DNA from: Eledone cirrhosa
Lineage: Eukaryota
Length of the DNA: 64,000 bases
NCBI GenBank assembly: GCA_964016885.1
Contig: OZ024741.1
Location: 189,100,001 to 189,164,000, forward strand
Reading direction: 5' to 3'
In this document: positions 49,380 to 62,696 of the stretch, one piece after another
Numbering within the stretch: position 1 is the first letter of the stretch
Layout of the letters: each line of letters opens with the position of its first letter
Translations under genes and position numbers: made by a program
The notes under the pieces: generated by a model
Seen by the model: only the letters and a program-made list of their open reading frames with translations
The model's database searches: none
What the model was told of the DNA's origin: nothing

Positions 49380-52300
49380 CCACCCGCCCGCCCCCACTCA
49401 CCACCATTATTATTACGTGGACCAATCATAAGCCAGAGGCCTATACTATCGCTTACCTGGTTGCCTTTCGATATGACGGATGGATGGACTACGGAATTCT
49501 GGAGAGTTGAAGAGAGAAAAATCTGGACGCTCAGCGACAATGCCAAAGATAAAGACAAATTCACCTCGTGGACGAGAATATGAGCATTCCTCTTTGTTTC
49601 GGCCGCGGATGGCTAGCATAACCCCATCTCCCCCCGCTCCCCAACGCTCCCACCCTCCAAACGCAATCCAAAACTTCAGAGTTGGTACCATGAATGTAGG
49701 CACCTTAAAGGGTCGCTCTAACGAGGTTGTAGAAATGCTTGAACGTAAGGAGGTCGATGTTTGTTGTAATCAAGAGACCAGGTGGAGGGGTGGGTCTGCT
49801 AGATTCATTGTGGGTAAAAAACGATGCTATAAGCTTTTCTGGGTGGGAAATGACAATGGGCTGGGTGGAGTAGGAATCATGGTAGCAGAAAAGTGGGCAG
49901 ATAAGATAATAGACGTAAATAGAGTGAACGACAGAATAATTAAAATAAGACTTGTCCTCAATAGAACTACGGTGACAGTAATATCTGTCTACGCACCCCA
50001 ATCCGGACTGCCCGGCACTATAAAAGACAGATTCTATGAGACACTGATGCTCACTACCTCCCAAATAACCGACAGTGACTATATAATTATTGCAGGCGAC
50101 CTAAATGGTTACGTTGGACAACATTGTGACGGCTACGACGAAATCCATGGAGGCTATGGGTTTGGTACTAGAAATGAGGAAGGCTCCAGAATCCTGGAAT
50201 TCTGTGACGCAAATAACCTAACTATCTGTAACACTAACTTCAAAAAACGTGACAATCACCTGATTACCTATAGATCGGGGGAACACACAAGCCAGGTAGA
50301 TTATATCCTTACCAGAAGACGGGACAGAGTGTCTGTTGTAAACACTAAATCCCTCCCCCATGAAGAATGCACCTCCCAACATAGACTGATAATTAGCGAC
50401 CTAATAGTCAGGACGAGACGTACTAGACAACAGAAGAGGACTATCCTCAGGAGAAAAATATGGAAGCTAAAGGACCCCACAGCCAGAAATAAATTCAAAA
50501 GTATACTTCTTGATGCTTTCGACAGTAAGGAAGAGCAATTAGAGTCGTTCAATATAGAGGAGCAGTTGGAATTCCTGAAAGCAAACCTGCTGATGGCGGC
50601 AGACGAAGTCTGTGGCTGGAGCAGGCCTGTAGGCAGGAGGAGAGTAACATGGTGGTGGAACAGTAAGGTGGAGGGGTCAATTAAGGCCAAAAAGCAGGCT
50701 TGGAAAGTATGGCGGGATGGGGGAAGCAGAGAAGACTATCAAGTGGCCAGGAGGGAAGCTAGGAGACAAGTGTACTTCGCAAGAAGGGAAGCAGAAGAAA
50801 GAAAGTTCAAGCATGTTCTACAACGCGAGGACCAAAAACGTGAGGTGTTCAGGATTGCTAGGCAATGTGTCAAGGAAAACAATGTGTCTGGGAGAATTGT
50901 GTACTTAATGATGACGGCGTACTTGCCATCACCGACGCTGATAAGAAGGTAGCTTGGAAGTGTCACTATAAAAGGCTACTAAATGAGGAGAATAAATGGG
51001 AGAAAGACAGTCTCCCCCACATCGACCCAATAGAGGGCTCAGCAATGTTAGTCGAGGGTAGTATAATAAGTAAGGCAATCAAAGATATGAAGACGGGTAA
51101 GGCGGCTGGGCCTTCGGAAATAGTTGCCGAGATGCTGGAAGGCATCTGGTATGGTGGGACACACCATGGTCACCCGGATAGTTAACCAAGTCGTACAGAA
51201 TGGGGTTGTTCCGAAGGACTGGCATAGCAGCATCATCGTTAACTGTTATAAGGGTAAAGGAGATGCCCTAGATAGGAGTAACTATAGAGACATTAAATTA
51301 ATCGACCAGGTCATGAAGGTCACGGAAAAAGTAATAGCGCAACTAATCAGAGAGAGAATTGATCTAGATGAAATGCAGTTCGGGTTTGTGTCAGGCAAAA
51401 GTACCACAGACGCTCTTTTCATTGTACGACAACTACAGGAGAGGTACCTAGCTAAAAGTAAACCCCTATACTTAGCTTTTGTCGACTTGGAGAAAGCCTT
51501 CGACAGAGTCCCCCGTTCCATTATCTGGTGGGCTCTTAGAAAACTAGGTGTTGACGAATGGCTTGTGAGAGTTATACAAGCCATGTATAAAGAAACAGTC
51601 AGCAAGGTTAGAATTAACAACGAATATAGTGAAGAGTTTAGCGTAAAAGTTGGCGTCCATCAGGGTTCTGTTCTCAGCCCCCTCCTATTTATTATTGCCC
51701 TTCAGGCTATAACAGAGGAGTTCAAGACCGGTTGCCCATGGGAACTCCTATACGCAGATCACCTAACACTCATAGCTGAATCAATGCTAGAGAAGAAATT
51801 CCAAACATGGAAGCATGGCCTAGAATCAAAAGGCCTTCAAATTAACCTGGCTAAGACTAAAGTTCTAGTTTGTAAGAAAGAAAATAAGGCGGCGGTCCCT
51901 TCAGGGAAGTGGCCATGCTCAGTGTGTAGGAAAGGCGTAGGTAGAAACTCTATTTTGTGTCCCAAATGCAAAGTATGGGTGCATAAAAGATGTAGTGGGA
52001 TCACAGGTAAGCTAACTAAGAACATAGATTTTACATGTGGCCGGTGCTCTGGTGCAATAAGTAGCAGCAAGTGCCCACAGAATACTAGCTCTTTCAACTG
52101 CGCAGAGGGTTCTATAGAAATAGTGGACAGCTTCCGTTACCTGGGTGACAAAATCAGCAGTGGGGGAGGGTGCTCTGAAAGTACAGTAGCTAGAGTTAGA
52201 ACTGGATGGAAAAAGTTCAGAGAGCTTATACCACTATTAGCCGCTAAAGGGTTCTCCCTAAAAATGAAAGGCAGGTTGTATGATGCCTGCATACGAACAG

Positions 52301-52715
52301 CAATGTTGCATGGCAGTGAGACCTGGGCATTGTGTGCAGAGGATATACGCAGACTAGAGAGGAACGAAGCTTGCATGCTCCGCTGGATGTGTAATAGTAA
52401 TATACGTGAACGGCAAAGCATAAACGAACTAATGAAAAAATTAGAAATAAGAGGGATCAGATGTTGTTTACTCGAGAGAAGGCTACGTTGGTATGGTGAC
52501 GTGATGCGCATGAAAGACGATAGCTGTATAACAAAGTGCAGGGCAATAAAGATAGACGGTAGCCACGGAATAGGCAGACCCAGAAAAACCTGGGATGAGC
52601 TGATAAATTCAGACCTCACACACTTACACCTCTCCAAGACAATGTCACTGGACCGAGACCTTTGGCGCTACTCAGTAATAGAGAAGACCCGCCTTACCTA
52701 AATACAAAGTAAAAC
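49380..52715 (+). mobile_element. Near-full-length RTE LINE, second subfamily (AP endonuclease + RT + PHD-type finger); two frameshifts, YADH in place of YADD
   Basis: ORFs 49480-50952 (GTMNVGTL, QETRW, GDLNG, SQVDYIL, SQHRL), 50865-51185 and 51124-52701. 5' boundary uncertain. Confidence 0.92.
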
Positions 52716-52844
52716 CTACTACAGTCAGTAGGCATCTCTAACAAAATACACCCCCGTCCCACCACCCCCACCCCATCCACACTGCCCCTTTCAATGTAAA
52801 GTTATGTTGGTGCCACAACATCCAGGCCGAAACAAATGAGATCG

Positions 52845-53440
<596 letters not shown>

Positions 53441-53608
53441 AAAATATAAGATCAAAAGATGGTTAAAAGAGTTCCATGTATTTTATTATGCGCATTTCAA
53501 AAACAAATATCATCATGCAATGTATACTCCAGTCCTACAAACTGTAGAGTGCTACTTATCCGATATCTGCATTGCTATATTGTACTACAATAAAACTCAC
53601 CTCCTACA

Positions 53609-53640
<32 letters not shown>

Positions 53641-53722
53641 AGCAAATGAATGAATGAAGGAGTTAAAAGAGGTTCTTTCTCCTCTCATACAATACTTATA
53701 CCCTATTATATATATATATATA

Positions 53723-54017
53723 TATATTAAGATAGTGGGGAAGAAAAAAATGCCTTCACTTGTGCTTTCAACAAATTTATTTTCTTCACAAAATCCAAAA
53801 ATAATTTTTTTCCGGATTAGTAAAAATTTTCTTAAAAAAATTTTTTTTTAGAAATTAACTTTATAAATTAAGTTTATAAATTAAATTTATAAAAAAAATT
53901 TTTTTTAAGAAAATTTTTTCTAATCCTGAAAAAAATTCTTTTTGGATTTTGTGAAGAAAATAAATTTGTTGAAAGCACAAGTGAAGCCATTTTTTTCTTC
54001 CCCCCTGTCTTAATATA
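53723..54017. repeat. AT-rich fold-back (~145-bp arms, almost no spacer)
   Basis: Opposite-strand ORFs give the same peptide (SLVLSTNLFSSQNPK). Related sequence at 59100-59195. Confidence 0.85.
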
Positions 54018-54071
54018 CCTAACTGTACCAAGGATTACACACATTTTCCAATATATATATATATATGCATA

Positions 54072-57000
54072 CATCATCATCATCATTTTACGTCCGCTTT
54101 TCCCTGCTTGTTAGGGTGAGACAGGTCCTATTCAGGACAGCATTACTCCACGTGTCATGGTCCTTCGTCATCTCCTCCGTGAGCTTTAGTGATCTGAGGT
54201 CTGCTCTCACCATCTCCGCTCATGTTCTTCGTGGTCTTCTTCTACTGCGCCTTCCTTCTACTGGGATTTCTTGGCACAGCTTTACCCAGCGGTCATCCTC
54301 CATGCGCATCACATGTCCATACCATCACAGTCTTCTCTCCTGCACACTACAACTTATCCCTCTTATACACAGTTTCTCTCTCAACTCATCTCTGCTTTGT
54401 CATTCATGTACATTAACATTGCACATCCAACGGAGCATGCTTGCTTCATTTCTCTCCAGCCTTCACATATGTCGCCCTTGTCTCACTACGATGCAACATC
54501 GCGCATCTCACACATTAAACTGACCTTTCGTTCACAGGGAGAAACCCTTCATTGTCAACAGAGGAAGCAGCTCCCTAAACTTCTTCCAACCCGTCCTTAT
54601 TCTAGATACTATGGCCTCAGAACACCCCCTTCCCATGCTAATCTGATAGCCTAGGTACCGGAAGCTATCAACCACGTATATAGAACCCACCTGCATTGGA
54701 AAAATGTGGCTATCACTGACACTTCTACTGTCAAATTTCCCTGTACATCTACTGCATACGTAGTTTTCCCTACCTGTTAATTTGCTTGCTATCCCACTAC
54801 ATCTCTTGTGTACCCAAGATCTGCATTGTGTACATTTTATAAAATTTATGCCAGTTCCTTTTCTACATATCGAACATGGCCATTTCCCTGATGGAATCAG
54901 AGTTTTGTCCTCTTTTCTACTTATCAACACTTTTGTCTTAGCTATGTTCACTCTCAGTCCTGTTGATTCCAACTGCTGTTTCCATAGCCAGAATTTATCT
55001 CTAGCTCCTCTACTGATTCTGCTATAAGAACCAGATTGTCAGCATAGAGAAGTTCCCATAGGCAGCCAGTCTTAAACTCCTCTGTTATGGCTTGGAGGAC
55101 TATAATAAACAAGAGCGGGCTGAGGACCAAACCCTGATGTACTCCTACTTGTGTCTGGAATTCCTCACTAAACTTCATTCCTACTCTCACTTTACTGACA
55201 GCACCTCTGTACATAGCTTGCACTGTCCTCACAAGCCATTCATGTACACCTAGTTTCCTTAGGGACCACCAGATGACAAATCGGGGTACCCTATCAAAGG
55301 CCTTCTCTAAGTCAACAAAAGCTAAGTATAGTGGCTTATTCTTCTCTAAGAACTTCTCTTGTAGTTGCCTCACTAAGAAGAGAGCATCTGTTGTACTTTT
55401 CCAAGGCTCAAAACCAAGCTGCATCTCATCTAATTTGACCCTTTCTCTAATCAGTTGCGCTAATATTCTCTCTGCCACTTTCATAACCTGATCCACCAGC
55501 TTTATGCCCCTATAATTGCTCCTCTCCAAAGTATCCCCTTTACCTTTGTAGCAATTTATGAGAATACTGCTGCACCAGTCTTTGGGTATGACACTGCCAT
55601 ATATAGCTTGATTGATGATGCGTGCAACCAGTTTAGGGCCTACTTTTGATGCCTTTAGCATCTCAGCAACTATCCCCGATGGACCAGCGGCCTTACCATT
55701 TTTCATTTCCTTAATTGCCTCTTGGACCCTATATTCGTCAATCTCAATAGCTAGTCCCTCTATCAGGTCTACTGGGGGTAATTTCTCTCTCTCCCATTCG
55801 TTCTCCACATTTATCAGTCTCTCAATGACATTTCCAGGCCTCCCTTTTCTGATCATTCGTGACACTAAGTACACCAGCATCATTCCGGACACACTTATCT
55901 CCAACAACATTTACACTGACACACTGCCTTGCAATGCAGACCACCGCAGGTCTCTGATCTTCCCGTCGCAGATCATTAGCAAGCCTCCTACTTCCAGACC
56001 TTTCTTTTCCACACCTTCCTGTATGTCTCATTCTGTCTCTTGCTTACTGAGATGTCACTAACGACTAACCTATGCTGTGGGGTACAAGCTTCCCCGTGGT
56101 ATGCCTTAGTATTTGACACCATCTGACTGTCTCTCTGCCTAACTAGCAAGAAGTCAATCTGACTTATGTGCTCGCCTGATTTGTAGATTATTAGGTGGTT
56201 GGTAGGCTTCTGGAAGTTAGTGTTGCAAATGGTTAGTGCACTTGCATCACAAAATTCAAGATGTTTCACTCCTTCTACATTTCTTGAGCCATAACCGTGC
56301 CCACCATACACCCCAGTGTAACCATCCTGGAGCTGTCCAACATGACCATTGAAGTCCTCTGCTCTCATAACGATGTCTCCATCATCTGTCATTGTGGCTG
56401 TTTCTAAAAGTTGCTCATAAAAGCAGTCTTTCTCTTCTTTACCTAGGCCTGCTTGGGGAGCATAGGTAGAGATGATTGTCAGCAGTCTCTTGCCTACAAC
56501 TAATCTAAGCTTAATTATTCTATTACTAACTCTAACTACCTGTATTGTCTTATCGATCCATCTCTCAGCCAATAAAATGCCCACCCCACCTAACCCATCA
56601 TCATTATCCACCCAGAAAAGCTTATAACTAAGATTTTTGCCTGTGATTAGTCTTGTAGGGGCACCTCTCCATCTCACCTCTTGCACACAGCACACATCCG
56701 CATGCCTTCTCTCCAGCATCTCCACTATCTCACTAGATCTACCTGTTAAAGTGCCAACATTAAGCGTGGCAACTCTGAGATGCGAGTCTTCATATTCTTG
56801 TTCTTGTTCCTGTTGTGCGATTGCTTGATGATGGTCGGGGATTCTCGCACATGGTCGCAGCAGCCACCCCACTACCATGCGCAGCCCTAACATGGTTAGT
56901 GTTATTGCTGTTTACGCAGTTGTTACAATTCTCATTTGTCGTGCTCATAGTTTTGGCATTAATATATACTGGTTGCATGCCCTTCCTAACACCAGCACCA

Positions 57001-57150
57001 CTTTACAGCATGGACTGGGTGCTTTTATCTGTGCCACCAGCACTATGGAAGTTGTCTTACTGGACTTAGGGGACTTCTCTACCCTACACCAATTTATTCG
57101 GAGTGGTAGCTCTCCTAGATGGGTTGCCTACACTATGGCTTACGGAGCCT
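54072..57150 (-). mobile_element. Near-full-length RTE LINE (same subfamily as 2074 and 10138), internally deleted and frameshifted, YADN
   Basis: ORFs 55988-56893 (endonuclease), 54954-55910 (RT) and 54532-54972; (GAT)n tail. Confidence 0.92.
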
Positions 57151-57152
57151 CC

Positions 57153-57200
<48 letters not shown>

Positions 57201-57794
57201 TCTCATTAACATATTCCTATTATAATGATAAAAGACCTTATTAGATATTCAATAATTTCATTTCAGTCTGTTAGTCATAATTATGAAATTAGAAGTCTTT
57301 CTATCTCTGTCTCGTTCTGTCTCTCTCATTCTTACTTTTTCTGTCTTTCTCTCTCTTCCCCAACATTTGCTTTGACATCTCTGTTATTGTCACTCTATCA
57401 CTCCCCACTTTCTTTGCCTCTCTGCCTCTTTCTCTCTTTGTCACTGTCTGTCTCTCTATCTTTTCCCCTGTGTCCATCTCTTTCCCATCTACTTCTCTCT
57501 GTATATTTATCTCTCTCTCTCTCACACTCTCCCTTCCTCTTCTTCTCTCTCTCATTCTCCTTCTTTCTCTTCATGTATAACATGTGGTAAAGATTAAGAC
57601 AGAGCTACATGACTAGAATATGTCTAAATGACACTGTATGTCGCCCACCACAGCATAATTTACTTGTAGAATGTCTCTATGGTTTTACACCATACTTTAC
57701 ATTTGTTTGTTTCTTTTTCTTCTTCTTCTTCTTCTTCTTCTTCTCCCCCTCCTCCCGCTCCCCCTTCTCCCCCTCCTCCTCCTTCTCCTCCTCC

Positions 57795-58345
57795 TCGTGG
57801 GACTCTCTGATCTCTGAGCTACGCACTCTATTGAGTAACGTTACTCTTAAGACCCTTCGGAAGAACCCCATTTCGGCTGCTTGTATTCGCGATCTTATTC
57901 TTTTGGTCATTCCCCAAAATTCATGACCATAGGCAAAGGTTGGCACAAATACCGAATTGAAGATAGCAAGTTTGGCTTTTACGCCAACCTCCCTTCTTCT
58001 GATTAACGAATGCTGAAGCTGGTGCAGCAGTGCACCAACTCCCGCAATTCTTGCACTTAATTCAGCCTTCTGTCTTCCATCACTCGTGAACAAGGCCCCG
58101 AGATACTTGAATTTCTCCACCTACTTCAGTGTAACTCCATTCACATGTAGAGTGTACTGAGCAGGCTTCCTTGAGAGGATGAGTGTCTCAGTTTTCGTAG
58201 TACTGATTTTCATTCCAGCCATGCAGCACTTGGTATCAAACCTATTGAGTGCAAGTCAGCGATCACCTTCTGTTGAATTAAGTAACACTATGTTGTCTGC
58301 AAATTCCAGTCAACTAATTTTACACCCACCAATCACGATACCACT
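57795..58345 (-). mobile_element. Rex3/Expander-like RTE fragment
   Basis: EKFKYLGALFTSDGR...KAKLAIFNSVFVPTFAYGHEFW.MTKRIRSRIQAAEMGFFRRV...RVRSSEIRE. Confidence 0.75.
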
Positions 58346-59216
58346 AGCAACATTTTTATACAACAAATTTCATTAAATTATACAATGTTTGCAATAAAAA
58401 AAATGTTAAATAATGAAAATATGGGGAAACGGGTGAGCAGCAAACTCTTTGGCAAAACTTAGCTGTGCTCTGCAGAAAAAATTGCAGAAGTATTGCCACA
58501 GAGAGCAGCTAGTGACACCCACTACATCAGCCACTCCACCTCTTGGGTCTCATTCCTCAGGCAAGGTGCATTCCTTCCAATTTTGCAGAGGAAAACTGCA
58601 GTTTGGAGACCGAATACACCAGAGGTCTTGACAATGACAGGCATGAAGCAGAACGGTCAGTTAACTCATGGTATCTGAAATGTAGCTGTGTGCTTATTGT
58701 TGTTGGTGGTGTTTATCCTTAGGTTGGCTATGACACAGGTCTATCCAATTTTGACTGACATGGGGACAAAACAATAACAATAAAACTACATTAGACAATG
58801 TCCATCTCAATAAAACAGAAGCATGTGATTAGAGTAGTATTTCTATCAAATACAGGCTGCCTCATTGTTTGTTGTTGTTGTTGTTGTGGCAGTGCCTGCT
58901 GTTGTTGTTGTTGGTGACCTCATATTAACCTTGTTGAAGCAGACTTCTGCTGAAAGTTGTTTTCAGACATTCTGTATCTTGGACTATTTTAACAAGTCGT
59001 TGAGAGAACTATCATGTGATTGAATGACCCTCTAAAATTTATAGCTGAATTTCCCCCAAATCACACACCACTATCTTAAAAATGAGATGCAGCCCCTGAT
59101 ATATATATATTGGAAAATGTGTGAAATCCTTGGTACAGTTAGGTATATTTAAAAAAAGGAAAAGAATGACTTCACTTGTAGTTCTAAACAATTTAATTTG
59201 ATTTTATAATATTATA

Positions 59217-59408
59217 GGGCGGTGGATTGGCAGTATCGGTAGAGGGTCGGACGCCATGCTTTGACGCATTGAGTTACGGCCCTTGCCATTCTGAGTTCAA
59301 ATCCCGCCGAGGTTAACTTTGCCTTTCATCCTTACGGGGTCGATAAAAATAAAGTACCAGTAATATACTGGGTAATTGGTGGCCTTGTGCCAAAAGTAGA
59401 AACAATTA
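59217..59408 (+). mobile_element. SINE family A, young full-length copy
   Basis: Near identity to 15281-15466. Confidence 0.88.
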
Positions 59409-59507
59409 TGATTTTACAATTTGGTTTTGTATGTTAGCATGGAAAATAGATGTTAAACGATGATGATGATGATGATGATGATGATATATAATAAGATTGT
59501 CTATGAA

Positions 59508-59702
59508 ATGTTTATGTATAATAAACATACAAGAATCTCACTATAAATTTTATAAAAAGCTGTGATCATGCAGCTATCTCAGTAGTGAAGAGAATGCCAG
59601 ATAGCTATCTGGAATTCTCTTTGCTACTGAGATAGCTGTGATATGATCACATTTAAAAAAAAATCATAGCGTCACTCTTATATACTACCTATACATAAAC
59701 AT
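59508..59702. repeat. Imperfect fold-back with a tight 91-bp central hairpin (59561-59651); MITE-like
   Basis: cagctatctcagtag..aagagaat.ccagatag | ctatctgg.attctctt..ctactgagatagctg. Outer atgtttatgtata/tatacataaacat. Related to 23160-23280. Confidence 0.7.
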
Positions 59703-61013
59703 ATTGTATATGCATTCATATACACACCTATGATGGGCCACGCTATATTAGTGCCACTTCTGATTACCTATACATATAGATAAATACACCCATACACGCT
59801 GTAAAATTGTTGGTGATAGAAAGGGCACCCAGTCATAGAAAACTTGCCAAACAAAGGGTCAAGAGGACCCTTCAATCATGTCAATTTCCCTAGTGTTGGT
59901 GATCTACACCAAAGGTTCTCAAACCATTTCGGACAAACCTTTTGCCCCTCAAAATCACGAAATGCCCCTACCCTATTTTTCCATTTTTCAATATACTACT
60001 GATTTTGATATCAGTAGATTACTGGGCCAAATCAAATTATGTTAGAATCTTTAAAAAATACTCATAAGAATTAAATACAAAAAGGTTTCAGTCCAAAACA
60101 AAAGCAAGCTATTTCAAATTATATATTTTTGAAAAAAAAAAAAAAGATTTGATCTCAGTTGAAAAAGCTTTTTTTTTTTTTAAATTCCATATTTCACTGT
60201 TAGCTGTTGTAATATTTTGAGTAGATAGACAATTCTACAATTCAAACTGTAAAGTCAAAATACAAAAGATGCAAAATATGAAGAATTTCTTACCTTTCTC
60301 TGAAATCACAAACTCAGGCAGAAAATAGTACCTTGCAAAATAAAATACCTTGTAGCAAAATAAAATACTTAGTAGCAACGAATGAATTGAGAAGTTTGGT
60401 GATAGTGAGAAAGCCATATCTGTATCCCTTATATATATATACATAGATAGATACACACAAACACACGCACACAAATGCGCATGCACACACATGCACACAC
60501 ACACACACACATACAAACTTGTGTGTGTGTGCCTTGGTTTTGGTACAGAAAGAATTTTGCCTCCAGTTTTTATCGCCAGGTCAAAGGCCACTGCTCTTTT
60601 CAACAATGCCAAATAACTACGCCATATATATATATATATATATATATATAAATGAAGAGAGAAAGAGGGAGGGACAGAGAAAGTAAGAAATGCGTGTGTG
60701 TGTGTGTTTGGTACACGTCTATCTATCTATCTCCAACAGGGGGCTCAAACATGGTAGACCAAACTGAAAAAAGAAAATATATATATATGTGTGTGTATAA
60801 TATATATATATATATATATATTATACACACACCCACACACACATATATATATATATCCTTACAAACTTAAATATAAATGCACATATATATACAAATGTAT
60901 AAATGCATAGCTATATACATACGTAAATGTATGTATATATATATAAATCTACAAACATACATATATACATACATACATTTACGTATGTATATAGCTATTC
61001 ATTTATATATATA

Positions 61014-62487
61014 CTAGCATTAAAGCCCGGCGTTGCTCGGGGTCATTAAGTTACCAAAGTTAGGTTGCACCACCCATTTTATGGCAGCACTTTTTTGTCT
61101 GCCAGGCACTGGGTGAATGAATTTCAGACCTGGAAGCAGGAGCTGCGCCAGCAGTGACAATTGTAGTTTCGCCTATGGATATTATCTCTGTGCAAAAAAG
61201 TGTTGAAATTTATTGTTTCACAGTACTTGCGCAACACGTGCGTAGACGATGCCAGCCGAACAACAGAGCTGCAATGGAGTTGTTCTGCATGGTTGTCTGT
61301 GTGTTTTCTAAATTTAAGACAGTAGGAAGGGTTGTGATATGAGGGAGAGTTAGCTGTTGTTTCTAGCAGGTTTAGTGACCTCATAGAGGATATGTGTTTT
61401 CTAAATTTAAGACAGTAGGGAGTGGTGTGATATGGAGGAGAGTTAGCTGCTGTTTCTAGCAGGTTTAGTGACCTCATTGAAGATATGTTTTCTAAATTTA
61501 AGACAGTAGGGATGGGTGTGTTATGGGGGAGAGTTAGCTGCTGTTTCTAGCAGGTTTAGTAACCTCATAGAGGATATGTGTTTTCTAAATTTAAGACAGT
61601 AGGGAGTGGTGTGATATGGGGGAGAGTTAGCTGCTGTTTCTAGCAGGTTTAGTGACCTCATAGAAGATATGTTTTCTAAATTTAAGACAGTAGGGATGGG
61701 TGTGTTATGGGGGAGAGTTAGCTGCTGTTTCTAGCAGGTTTAGTAACCTCATAGAGGATATGTGTTTTCTAAATTTAAGACAGTAGGGAGTGGTGTGATA
61801 TGGAGGAGAGTTAGCTGCTGTTTCTAGCAGGTTTAGTGACCTCATAGAAGATATGTTTTCTAAATTTAAGACAGTAGGGAGGGGTGTGGTATGGGGGGAG
61901 AGTTAGCTGCTGTTTCTAGCAGGTTTAGTGACCTCATAGAAGATATTATTGTTTATCATTATCTATAAAAGGCAGATTGTTGTTGTTGTTGTTGAAGTGA
62001 GTGTGTGTTTGTATGCGTTTGGAAAAGAGGTTTTAAAAAAGATTTATTGCTTGTTGTTGAATAAATGTATCTGTTGCTTTTGAATAATTGTCGTTTCGTA
62101 TGAAATGTAATAATTTGAAGTATAAAAGAGAAAGTAACAAAATGTGTGGGTTGTAGATAGAGGAGGTAAGCAGATGATATTATAGAGTAATACGGACAGT
62201 ATCATCATCAAGCTTGGAAAGAGAAAGTAGCAGAAAATATGAAGTTGTATAGATTTTGAATGGTAGTGGAAAGAGTTTAGCAGTTTAAATGACAGAGAAA
62301 AATCGTAAAATATTGAGTTTTATCTATTTTTTGCGTAATTGTGGGTGAAATTGAAAAAATGAGATGTGCCAAGACACAATGAAAACTATTTCGAATACTG
62401 AATTGTAAATTTCAATTGAAGAAATTCTTTATCGTAGATTTCTATAAGAAAGGAGCATGACCACACACTGAGCTTTATAGATTATGA
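61014..62487 (-). mobile_element. Non-autonomous Helitron-like element
   Basis: Minus-strand 3' end: GC hairpin CCCGAGC-aac-GCCGGG (61026-61041), then CTAG followed by T. Candidate 5' A|TC at 62487 or 62481. No Rep/helicase ORF. Confidence 0.6.
61300..61945. repeat. Seven-unit tandem array with alternating 93/91-bp spacing
   Basis: ttctaaatttaagacag recurs at 61306, 61399, 61490, 61583, 61674, 61767 and 61858. Confidence 0.95.
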
Positions 62488-62664
62488 TATACATACATTT
62501 ATATTTAAGTGTGTAAGGAAGTTGACATGATTATTTATGTTTTTTTCTTTTCTGGTACAGAGAAAATTTGTACCAGATGTTATTATCTAGGGAGATTAAA
62601 TATCACAACTCTGGCTGAAAGCTGACCAGGTTCTCAACCTCATGCAACACTAATGCAGGCCTGT

Positions 62665-62696
<32 letters not shown>

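Noticed and set aside
49480-52701. Active autonomous LINE
   Set aside because: Two frameshifts and a YADD to YADH catalytic change.
61300-61945. CRISPR-like regular repeat
   Set aside because: No unique spacers, whole units repeat, eukaryotic context, no cas genes.
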